DNA of 64,000 bases from Vitrella brassicaformis CCMP3155. Lineage: Eukaryota > Protista > Chromerida. Below are positions 1 to 10,423 of this stretch, piece after piece. The notes beneath the pieces were generated by a model. That model did no database searches. It saw only the letters and a program-made list of their open reading frames with translations, and was not told the origin of the DNA. The DNA lies in assembly GCA_001179505.1 (NCBI GenBank), contig CDMY01000047.1, forward strand, positions 62,001 to 126,000, in the 5' to 3' direction. Each line of letters starts with the position of its first letter. Within the stretch, counting starts at the first letter, position 1. The position numbers were made by a program, and so were the translations under genes.

Positions 1-2430
1 GTGAATGCATCTGCGAGGGAGGTTGCTGGGTACCTTACCTGTGCGCACACGGTGTTGAGGTCCATCCTGAGTGTTTCGATCGTGCCCAGGTACAGCCACC
101 ATGCGCGCTTCTGAATGACAGGCACACGGACGGGCAGAGACCGCAGCAATCCCATACGTAGATGAGTGCATGAAGGGGGTCTCGGTCTCCGACGTGTGTA
201 CCTCCAGGCTCATGTCTTTCGCCTTTGTCAGGCCGAGTGCCGTAGCAGAACCGAGAACCATGATCACCGCGCCAACCAGCGGCCCCGCAGTCGACCCTGC
301 AAACCACACCGGCAACCGCACACACAAGTGCAGCCATCCGTCAGTGCACTTAAGATCTCTCTCCTCCGGTTGCTCACCGACGGCAGTGTCTTCAGCGCCC
401 AGGCCGACCATCATGCCCACAAACGCCCCGCCGAGCCAGGCCGCCATGGCGCACACCTCCGCCACATAACCCACCTTCTCGCCCACCAGTTGGAAGTTGT
501 ATACCCAGCCCCCCGCCACGGCATGGATCAGACCTATAAAGAGAAAAGCGACGTTGTTGAGGTAGAAGTCCACAGCGTCCAAGAGGAATAGGCCGATGTC
601 GGTGGCGTAGACGCAAGACACGGCGAGGCCGGCCAGACACATGGCCGTCACCACTCTCCACCGCTTGACGCGACGAAGGACGATGGAGTCCTGAAATGAA
701 CACACACACAGAGACACACGACGGGTGTGTGAAGGCGTATGGAGGGGCATCTGTGTAGGTCAGGTCACCATGAGGGCTGTGACGGAGGCCTCGATGAGAG
801 AGAAGGCCGAGTCGATGCCCAGCAGCACCAGCGTCAGGAAAAACAACACACACCTGACAGACAGGCAGACAGACAGACAGGCAGACAGACAGGGGCGTGA
901 AGGAAGGCACACGTTGATGTGTGCTGTCGATGCTCCTTGCTGACCAGACATGGCTGCCCGGTAGGAGGCTGAGTGCCACTGGATATGCCGTAAAGACGAG
1001 GCCAGGACCATCCACAGGAAGGTAACCCAGGTTCACTCCCGCCTGGTCAGCCAAGTGACCCAACACCGAAAACACCGCAAACCCTGAACAGACAGATATG
1101 CACGTACGCTAGGACGGCTGTCTGTCTGTCTGTCTGTCTGTCTGTGTGTGTGGTTTCTCTCTGCGCGGGCTGCCTACCAGCCACAAATGACGTTAAGAAG
1201 TCACAGAATGAGATGATGAGGCTGTCCTGGGCCACGTTGCACGACTTGCGGTTGTACGAAGCATCTGTCAGCAGAGAGAAAGTTGGTGGGGTGGAAGCGA
1301 AGCCGTGCATTGGGGAGTGCAATTGCAAGATGTCTTGTCGTGTTGCGCTGCTCACGTACACGCAGTCAGCACGCCGAAACACAGGGAGAGCGAGAAGAAG
1401 ACCTGGGAGGTCGCTTCACTCCACACAATCGGCTCGTCCTTCAGCACCGACAGGTTCCACTTGCCTATATACGCCTCCACCCCCACACCGGCGCCGTCCA
1501 GCGTCAGGCCGCGTATCATCAAGATCACAATCAGGATGAAGGGCATCAGCATCGTGAAGTAGGTGACACGGCCGGTGACGAAGACCCCACGGAACAAAGA
1601 TAGCCATATCAGAATCCAGACCACGATCATCCCGTAGAAGGTGTACAAGAGGAAGTCCTGCGCGCCGACAGCAGCCTCCCCAGCCATGACCACCGAGTTA
1701 TCGAAGAAGTCTGTGGATGCGGTGAGCGCGGTGCTGTCAGTTGCCGCCACCCACGGCAGGGTGGGGTTGAAGGACGCCACGAAGTATCTCAGGGCCCAGC
1801 TGATGATGAGGTTGTAGTATGTGGCCAGCACGAAGGCACCGAAGCATCCGCTGGCGCCGATGCCCCTCAGCCGTCGATGGATGGAAGCCCACGCCACGAA
1901 GTCGCTCCCCTGATCGATCACCGACACACACACACAGACAGACAGACAGACAGACAGACAGACGGACAAGATGCAGCCAGTGACGTGACGTGCCACCTTA
2001 CTATACGCTCACCCACCCACCCACTCACCTGGAAGACTTGTCCGAGTGCCAGCTCCAGCGTCATGAGTGGTATGCCAAGGAAGAACAGAGCCAACACGAA
2101 GGGAATAAAGAACGCACCTCCGCCCCATTTGAACGACAGGTAAGGGAACCTGCAGGCAGCCATACCACGAACACACACAATGACGCACGCCTCAACAAGT
2201 CTGGTTGTTGGGTTGTTGCGTGTTGTGTGTATTCATCGCTTGCTTGCCTCCAGAGGTTGCCGAGGCCGACAGCGGACCCAACAGCGGCGCAGATGAAGGC
2301 CGCTCGTGAGCTCCACCTCTCGCCTGTGTCAAGGGAAACACCGCAACCGCAGATCTGTCATGAATGTGGCCTTTACTTTTCTTCTGCTTCGCTCACGGTC
2401 ACTGTCAGGCGCTTTCACCGCCTCCATCAT
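1..2430 (-). CDS. Sodium:neurotransmitter symporter (NSS/SLC6 family), multi-exon, 3' end runs off the window
   Basis: Spliced exons 2430-2397, 2323-2248 and 2149-2029 give [54 protein letters not shown]...LELALGQ, the NSS TM1 signature. Later exons give YYNLIISW and [13 protein letters not shown]. Confidence 0.93.
856..891. repeat. Representative intronic (CAGA)n microsatellite; similar (CA)n, (CAGA)n, (GATG)n and (GAGT)n tracts occur in most introns of the window
   Basis: gacagacaggcagacagacagacaggcagacagac; many further examples (e.g. 1930-1965, 29025-29050, 38025-38055). Confidence 0.95.
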
Positions 2431-2489
2431 CCTTTTTCTCCTCCTCTTCGCGCGAGCTTGGAGTCCCGATCGGGAGATCGCGAGAAAAA

Positions 2490-5400
2490 ATGTCATCTTC
2501 CGGCGCTCATCGGCGTGCGGAGTACAAGAGGATCCACGGCAGTGACAGATCTGCAAACGCGAAGCGGTAACAAAGCACACACAGTGATGCCATGAATGGT
2601 GCGTTGCTCTGGTGGGTGTGAACGGATTGCTGGATGGCTGGCTGGATGGATGCAGGCGTGGCGAGAGGCTGAGTGACATTCGCAAGGAGGAGCGCGACAA
2701 GCAGCTCGTGTTGCGGCGCCAGGCAGTGTCGCTGGAGACCAACCTGCAGACCGTGCCATACACTGCAGAGCAGGTACGCCTACAACGGGATGAATTGCGT
2801 GGCGCACATCGGTGTCTGACATGCATCGGAGCTGCTGCCTGGGTGCGGTGCAGGTGCGTTCCGCAGTCGAGGCCGTCACAACCTCACCATCGACTGACCA
2901 TGTTGGCCCTGACAGCCCTCTCTCGTTGGCGTGTCGGCAGCTCCTCACGGTCCTACAGACATCAGAGGACGCAAGAAGAGGTAGGTGAGCTGAACAAACA
3001 GGTGCCTTGCTCGCGATGCCGTATGTCTGTCTGAATGCCTCCGTCTGCATTGCATTCCCTTGCTCACTTTGATCCAGCTGCTGCCCAGTATGGTGCAATC
3101 GAGGCTGTGCGGCAAGTCTTGGTGTCCGGCGAGAGGCTCTTCGCGTCGGCACAGACGAGGGACCAGGCTGCGGCTATCCTGATGGACGCCGTGGGGTGCG
3201 GAGTGCTGTTGGTGGTCGACTGTGCAGAGAACCACATGGAACAGGTGGGCGGGCCAGGAGGGAGGCAGGGAGGCAGGAAAGTCGCATGTTGTACGCTGTG
3301 TGGCACACGCTGTGCTGTGTGTTGGTTGTGTGTGTCAGCTTGTCTCTCTGGTGCCTGCTGTGACAGCAATTGTTGCCGCGCTCGACGATGCACAAACGCA
3401 GCTCACGAGAAACGTATGATATCCATCAAATTCGTATATGCTTCGGTCCTCCCATTCTCTCTCTCTCTGTCAGTGTCTGGAGCTGCTTCATTGTGTGGCG
3501 ATTCACCATTCGCGTGAGGTGCTGCAGCACAAAGGGATGGAGCTGGCCGTGGCGGCCGCCAAGAAGCAAGACCCACATGTGGTCGGTGTTGCGGTGGCTC
3601 TCTTGGCCAGCCTGCTGCACGGTGAGTGAGCAGTGAATAAGTGGGAGGAAATGCATGACCACAAACCTTCATGTGATGGCAGTTCGCGATCCAAGCGTGT
3701 CGCTGCGGTTCTGGGATGAGCTGAACGGGGGCCAAATCGCGGAAGCAATCATCAGGGTGAGCTGGCCACGTCAGACACCACACACCCGCTCGTATGCCTA
3801 CGTGCGTGTGTGTTTGTGTCCATTTCGCCAGTCTGGGAGTGCCTCTCAGTCTGTGGGTGGCGATGGCGGCGGTGCGTGTGTGTCGAGCGCTTACGGCCTT
3901 CCCTATGGCGATGTGCGTCGAACGGTGCTCGAGGACACTTTGTGGGCCATGCGCTTCTGCGCCGAGTCCTCATTGCAGTAGGGCGGCGCGAAAGGAAGCA
4001 GAGAGACACTTTCACCTTCCCTTGTTGCTCTCCCGTCAGTTGCTGTGGCCGCGTCATGATGTCGGAAGCCCTGCCAGTCATCACCACGTAAGGATGAGCA
4101 ACAAGAGATATCTCGAGTTGCGCGAATGTCTCTCGGTTCTCTGGTCAGGATGCTCGGCCAGTGGCCGAGTGCTCCTGCATTTGTCCGTCCCCCGTCCCCC
4201 ACCCAGTCTGATGTGGCCCCGGCAGCCGACCCACTGGTGGCCGGCACAGCCGGTGGCACCGATCTCATACTGCCGTTCTTGCGGATCCTGAGTGCGCTGC
4301 ACACACACACATAGTCAGAAACACCCACCCATTTGTCATGCATGCATCTTGCCTGGTTCGGCTCAGGCACAGCGACGGCCGGTCTTGTGGAGCTGTGGGA
4401 CGGCATAAGGCCAGCGAGGCCACCAGACGACGGCGTGCAGCAAATGGGGCAGCCGTCGCTGCCTCCTGACCTCAATGTGGACGCCCTTGCGTCGCTTGAG
4501 CCGTCGCAGCAACTGGCTGTGCAACGGTGGACCGAACAGATGGTGGATCGGGTGTGCGCCCTCCCGAATGCTCTCGCACTTCTACAGAGCCTCCTCAGCC
4601 ATCCACACAGGCGAGAAGACGAATAGACATCACATCACATAGCCTTTTCTTTGTGTCTGATGTTCGTGTCGGTGTGTGCGTGTGAGCAGGGGTGTGGTGA
4701 GCAACACGATCTTCCTCATCGGCAGCATCGCCTGTGGGTCGGTGCAGCACCTTCGATGGGCGGCCCATTGCCTGCCCGCCATATTGGAGCTGCTCCACCG
4801 AGGCGCATCGTTCGACATCAAGAGGGCAAGGCTGTCTGAGACAATATAACACACAGACAGACAGACACACAGACAGATAGACCGAAGGATTGATATGTGT
4901 GTGTGTGTATGTGTGTGGTGTATGTGCAGGATGCCGTGTTTGCGCTCCATCGTCTGGTGGTGAGTCATGACGGTCTGCTGCACAAGGACACGATGGAGAC
5001 TCACCCGGCGCTCATCGACGAGCTGCTGGACGTCTTCAACACATGCCGCTTCGATGCACACACTCTCCAGTACGCAACCAGCGAGGGACGGCAGCTCACT
5101 GCGGCAAGAGGCGACTCTTGTGCGTCTTGCCTGCCTGCCTGTCTCTCTGTCTCTGTGTGTGAGTCAGCTGTGCGATGTCTTTCCTGGAGGATCTGCTGCA
5201 GCTGTGTCCGCGACTGAAGCGGACGCTCATGCAGAAGAACGTCATTGAGGCAACCAAGCAAAGAAGCAGCCGTCACTGATGCCCACTCACTGTGTCAGGC
5301 ACCTGTGTGTTGCTCTACAGGTTCTGGAGCAGGTTGAGACGCACGAGGACGAATCACTGCACCGGCACTGCCAGAGAATCACAGACAAGTGAGTGAGCAG

Positions 5401-5671
5401 TCACCAGCCAATGAGTGAGTGAGTGATGGCATCGGTTGTGTGAGTGGCTTGTCGCGTTGGTTGTGATGCATGTGGTTAGGTACTTCTGGGACGAGGAGGA
5501 GGATGACGATGACGCCGAGCAGCATATGGAGGAAGAACACCGCCTTCAACAACAGGTGCGTATGGATGGATGCGATGCATGGATGTGTCCATCGTCGGTA
5601 TGGTGTTGTATCTATTGTGTATTGTGTCGGTCAAGATGAGAGCGCCCGCTGCGCAGTTCGACTTCAGCTGA
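2490..5671 (+). CDS. Divergent importin-alpha-like (IBB + ARM repeat; TMCO6-like) protein
   Basis: Spliced N-terminus MSSSGAHRRAEYKRIHGSDRSANAKRRGERLSDIRKEERDKQLVLRRQ resembles an IBB domain. Helical ARM-like exons follow, then acidic YFWDEEEDDDD and C-terminal AQFDFS* (TGA 5669-5671). Confidence 0.65.
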
Positions 5672-6176
5672 CGACTGCACGCGTGGTCTTGATGGACCTC
5701 TTCATGATGGACGGACACGATTCGACCGATTCATTCAAACGATTGTATTTGTATGTGTTGCAATGCATCTGGGTGACATGAGATGAATGTGGACTTGCAT
5801 CTCAGGCGTGTGTCTCTCTCCATGTCCGTCTCAGCACACATTTCACTGCTCCACGGCGACATCGGGTCACTGTCGGCTTCTCTAGGTGCATGGAGGGAGC
5901 CGCGCCGCGCCGGTGCCCCTCATGTCTACCGAGAGAAGGAGAGAGTGAATCAGATGACGCCGCGTCGACATGAAGAACGAGTCATAACAAACCATTCACA
6001 TACACACACCGTCAACTCTCATCCAGTCAGTCAGTCAGTCAGTCCCAAATGCGGCAAGGACGTACACAAAACCAGAAAAAAAGCTGCACTGCAAAGCGCC
6101 AAGAGAATTAATGCCGTGTATATGCAGTGTATGTACAGGGAAAAACATAATTCTGCTTCCATGTCTGTATGGTCAT

Positions 6177-7656
6177 TCATATCTGCGAGAAAACGGGCGG
6201 CCCCAGGGCCGGCAACCCCTCGCTGTTGGTGGGCGCCACCCCTCTCCCACCGCCACCCGAGCGATAGATGCGCTCCCACTCCCTGGCATGGGCATCCCAC
6301 CTCCCCTCAACGTGCACATGCGGCTGCTGTTGCTGCTGCCACGCACCATGCTGCTCCCTCACATCACTCCACAGTCGCCTTCTCTTGCCCTTGCCCCCGC
6401 CAACCACCCACCGCCACCCCAGCAGCGCCAACACGCCATACACCAGGAACAGGATGAGCAGCAGGAGCGTCAATCTCAGCTGCCGCCGCCGTCTTTGCAG
6501 CTCGCTGTACCCGCCCCGCATGGCCGTGGGAGTGGCGCATGTGCGTGGGTCGGGTGCTGCTGTATGGTCGGTGGTCGAGTAGGGGAGAGGGGGCGACGAT
6601 GCCGAGCGGCTGTGTGGCGTACTCTTGACAAACGTCAAAGGCTCCTGTGGATTGCCGCCGACAGCCGAGCCGTTGGTGCGGGGCGCCCGCAATGGCAGTA
6701 TGGTGGCCGTTGTGTCATTGTCGGCGTCGTCCTGGATGCCTGAGGGAGGCGGTAGGGGGTCCAGCAGCAGCAGCCTACCCGCATGGAAGTTGACGATGCT
6801 CCCGACCTTCTGCGCCAGCTGGACGGCCTGCGGGACGTATGTGTGGTACGACTGGGCCGTGAGGTGCATGAGGGCGCCGGGCAGCCATGCGAGTGTGGCA
6901 CTGAGGTGCCTGAGCCGCCCTCCCAGCGTCGTGGCATTGTCACAGATCTGGTCGAGGAACCATGTGTTGAGGTCCAGCAGCTGATTGAAGTGGCCCAGTG
7001 AGTCAGCCATACCCCCGAACCAGCTGCCGTCGTTGCTGTACATGCCGTAGCCGTAACCGTAGGGCATTCCGCCATATGTGCTGTAGCCGCCATACCCCCC
7101 GCCGTAACCACCGTAAGCCGCCCCGCTCCGCCACCCATAGCCACTGTACGCACTGGGCCGATTATACGATTGTGGATAGCTGCTGTAGCTGGCCCCGTAG
7201 CCCGTGTTCATGAAGGTGCCGGAGGGATACGACGACATGTACGATGGCACGGCCGTCGACGAAGAGAGGGCACCGCCGGGCGCCTGTTGTGCAGCGCCAG
7301 CCGGAGCAGCTGCGCTCGGGAGAAGGTTGCTGCCGTCGGTCGCAGCTGGTGGCGCACGAGTGAACGGAACGACGGCATTGGAATTGCTGACACTGAAGCA
7401 CCAAGAAAAACACACCAGCAAGCTTTCAAGTCTTCCCTTCCACGCCCATCTGGCTTTGTCACCTGGCTGATGCCCCAGCAGCAGCTGGTTCTGGCGCGGG
7501 CACAGTACTGGACGCCGCTAGCTCCTCTGTGTTTGTTGGCTGCGGCTGTGACGGCGAGGGCAGAGGTGAAGAGGTGGAGTGAGGGAGAGGTGACGGTGCG
7601 AGAGATGCACCTGCCGGTAGTGTGCGACGCTGCCACGGCTTCGGAGGCGCCGCCAT
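6177..7656 (-). CDS. PEX13: PEX13-like peroxisomal membrane protein (no SH3 seen); 3' end uncertain, a further exon near 5850-5930 is possible
   Basis: Starts MAAPPKPWQ, followed by a YG-rich tract (YGGYGGGYGGYSTYGGMPYGYGYG), the segment SLGHFNQLLDLNTWFLD and a hydrophobic TM segment. Three exons splice in frame. Confidence 0.7.
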
Positions 7657-7713
7657 ATTCTTCCCTTCTTTCTTTACGTATCTGTCGAGGTCTGTCGAGA
7701 TTTCGAGACGAGG

Positions 7714-7730
7714 AAACCCCGCAAACCCTA
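7714..7730. promoter_or_regulatory. Telo-box-like motif (aaacccc..aaacccta) between divergent genes
   Basis: AAACCCTA at 7723-7730, upstream of the PEX13-like ATG. Confidence 0.4.
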
Positions 7731-7892
7731 GCCTTCAGTCATTGAAGAAAGACGCAGCAAAACAAACCGCAGCAGCCGCGACAGCGAAAGCCCACAGCAC
7801 CGCCACCGGCGGCCCTGGCTAGGCTTCACTCGTTTGAGCACTCTAATGGCCCTGCTGCTGCGGATGGGCGGAAGCATGTGACGGTGACCATC

Positions 7893-9322
7893 ATGCCTTG
7901 TGGATGGCCTTTGGCCACGTGGAAGGTCTCGGCAGACAACTGAGAAGGAGCTGATGGCGTGTTTAGCCATCCACTAGCACACATTCCCGGTACGCAAGAG
8001 GGAGAAGATGGGCGGGCGAGGGCAACGGTGCATTCATTCAGTGCATGGTTCCTCCTTACAGCACGACCCAGCCGTGTCCACTGTGACGATACTCGGCGGC
8101 GGTGTGGAGAGCGTCGTCGTGGCGGCCAACAGCACACAGCAACCGGGGGAGTTTGCTATGCTAGCCAGCATGTCCATGAATGCATCAATATGCCTTTTCT
8201 TCTGTGCAGGTGCTGCACGCGGCCAAGCTTCAAGCGTCCGTGAGCGCGCACACCTGTAGAGAGACCCATCGAGATCGATATGAGAGCGGAGAATACGTGT
8301 TGGTGACCTGCGCGAGGGCCAACACGGACGCACAATCCCAGGGCACAATCACTGCTCAGCAAGTCAGCCGGAGGCGACATGAGGTGACAAAAACAGTTCT
8401 GACTCTCTGTCTTGATCGATGTGTGTGTTTAGGTATTCGATCAACAGTGCGTCGGATCAGCTGATTGCGTGGCTGGTGGGGGGCGCGGTGGAAGGCCTGA
8501 AGGAGGTACACAGACGGTCAGCTGGCCATCGGCCAGCTTACGGTCAGTCCATTGACATTCTTTGTTGTCTGTGTTCAGTGATCGCATTCCTCGCGGCCTG
8601 TGCCCGTCTAGTCTGCTGCTCTTCGAGTCCTCCCTGCCGAACAGGAGGTTCCTCAAGTCGTCTGTCGGCAAGCTCAAGGCATCCCTTCGCGCCCGGCGGG
8701 CAGACGGGAGGGAGGATGTAGCGGCGAGGAGGAAGAACCAGAAGGTCGGCCAGCCATACGCCGGCCTTCAGATCTCTCCGCCGCTCGGACACGTGTGTGC
8801 TTTGGTGTGTCTTCCTGCAGGCGGCGGTGAAGGCCACCCAGGGGAAGGCCCACGACGAGCACTCGGAGGTAAGTCTGCGGGCATACAGATAGATCTGACA
8901 CGCATGGGAGGCGGGAGGATGGATGGATGGGAGGGAGCACACACACACGACACACCGCACAAACACATGGTGCCCTTTTCTGTCTGTCTGTGCCACATGT
9001 GTGTCTGCCCAGAACGACGACGAACTCATCCTCTGCACGGACTCCGACGGCGAGCCCCTCGACGAGGAAGAAGAGAAGGAATACGTGAAGGGCGGGAGGA
9101 AGGGGCTGGACGAGCTGAGGGCCGCCCGCCCGCCGCCGCCGAGAAGGCCCGCAAGGAGGAGGCCGACCGCCGAAGGCGAGAAAAAAGGCCAAGAAGGACG
9201 CCAAGAAGCGACGTATGCTGAACGGGTGGAAGGCTCAGCAGTGCCTCGGCTTGGAACTCCCGCCCAAGCACTACGAGGAGGCCCGCAAAGCCGCCATGCA
9301 GAACAAGAAGCTCCGCCGCTGA
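7893..9322 (+). CDS. Hypothetical spliced protein with basic C-terminus; two apparent 1-nt frameshifts in last exon; start uncertain
   Basis: GT-AG-bounded exons (HDPAVSTVTILGGG, YSINSASDQLIAWLVGG, NDDELILCTDSDGEPLDEEEEKEY). The last exon reads as natural protein only by switching frame near 9130 and 9183. Confidence 0.5.
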
Positions 9323-9627
9323 ACTAAGACAGACAGACAGCCAGCAGTAGACAGATGCGGGGCCGGGCCAGGGAGGGGGGGAGGGAGTGCGAAATAGGCA
9401 GGAGGGGATGAATATGATGTATTGAGGGCATGTGTTTTTCATCATTGTACAGTGCATTACACACACACATGCCATACTACGTGTACATGCCCTTTTCTGC
9501 CCACCACACTGCTAGAGCGCTGCTGCAATGCCGACTGACTGACTATACCTCTCGGGTCACGAAATGCAAAGAGCAGAACCTCCGGCTGGGACGTGTGGGT
9601 GAGAGAGAGAGTTAGGGGGGGGGGGGG

Positions 9628-9927
9628 NNNNNNNNNNNNNNNNNNNNNNNNNNNNNNNNNNNNNNNNNNNNNNNNNNNNNNNNNNNNNNNNNNNNNNNNN
9701 NNNNNNNNNNNNNNNNNNNNNNNNNNNNNNNNNNNNNNNNNNNNNNNNNNNNNNNNNNNNNNNNNNNNNNNNNNNNNNNNNNNNNNNNNNNNNNNNNNNN
9801 NNNNNNNNNNNNNNNNNNNNNNNNNNNNNNNNNNNNNNNNNNNNNNNNNNNNNNNNNNNNNNNNNNNNNNNNNNNNNNNNNNNNNNNNNNNNNNNNNNNN
9901 NNNNNNNNNNNNNNNNNNNNNNNNNNN
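9628..9927. other. Assembly gap (300 N)
   Basis: N run flanked by G homopolymer. Confidence 0.99.
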
Positions 9928-9936
9928 GGGTTCTTT

Positions 9937-9984
9937 ATTGCTGCCTACACTTTATATCTGTTGCAAGTGTGACCCTTTTGTACG
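9937..9984 (+). repeat. Dispersed 35-55 bp motif, copy 1 (attgctgcctacactttatatctgttgcaagtgtgacccttttg)
   Basis: Matches reverse-complement copies at 48984, 51803 and 58655. Confidence 0.8.
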
Positions 9985-10423
9985 TCTGCCCATATGACAT
10001 TCATCATTGTCTCTTGCTCGGCCTTCAGACATATCTCGTCGCCTGAAGCGCGCATTGATTGAATATATTGAAAGAATCCGATTCGTGTGCGAGAGCAGAC
10101 AGGTCCAAATCATCATCCTATGAGCACATGAGACCGTCCAAGAGATCAACACACACACTCTCCTATGAGACACTCACTCAATCCAAGAGATCAACACACA
10201 CACTCTCCTATGAGACACTCACTCAACTACCTTAACTCCTCAAAAATGGCCCATTGCACACACCGCGAGAGCGCACACACACACACACATGCTGTACAAA
10301 CCACCACAGAAGCTGCCTCCGTCAAATACTTCGTACCTATACCCCAGCACCGACCATCCATCTCACATCAACCGACATATCCCTCCCTCCCTCCCTCCCT
10401 CTCTCGCTGACTCGACACGTCGG

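Noticed and set aside
9593-9997. ORFs containing X runs (also at 33.5, 37.5 and 51.2 kb)
   Set aside because: Artefacts of translating through N gaps.
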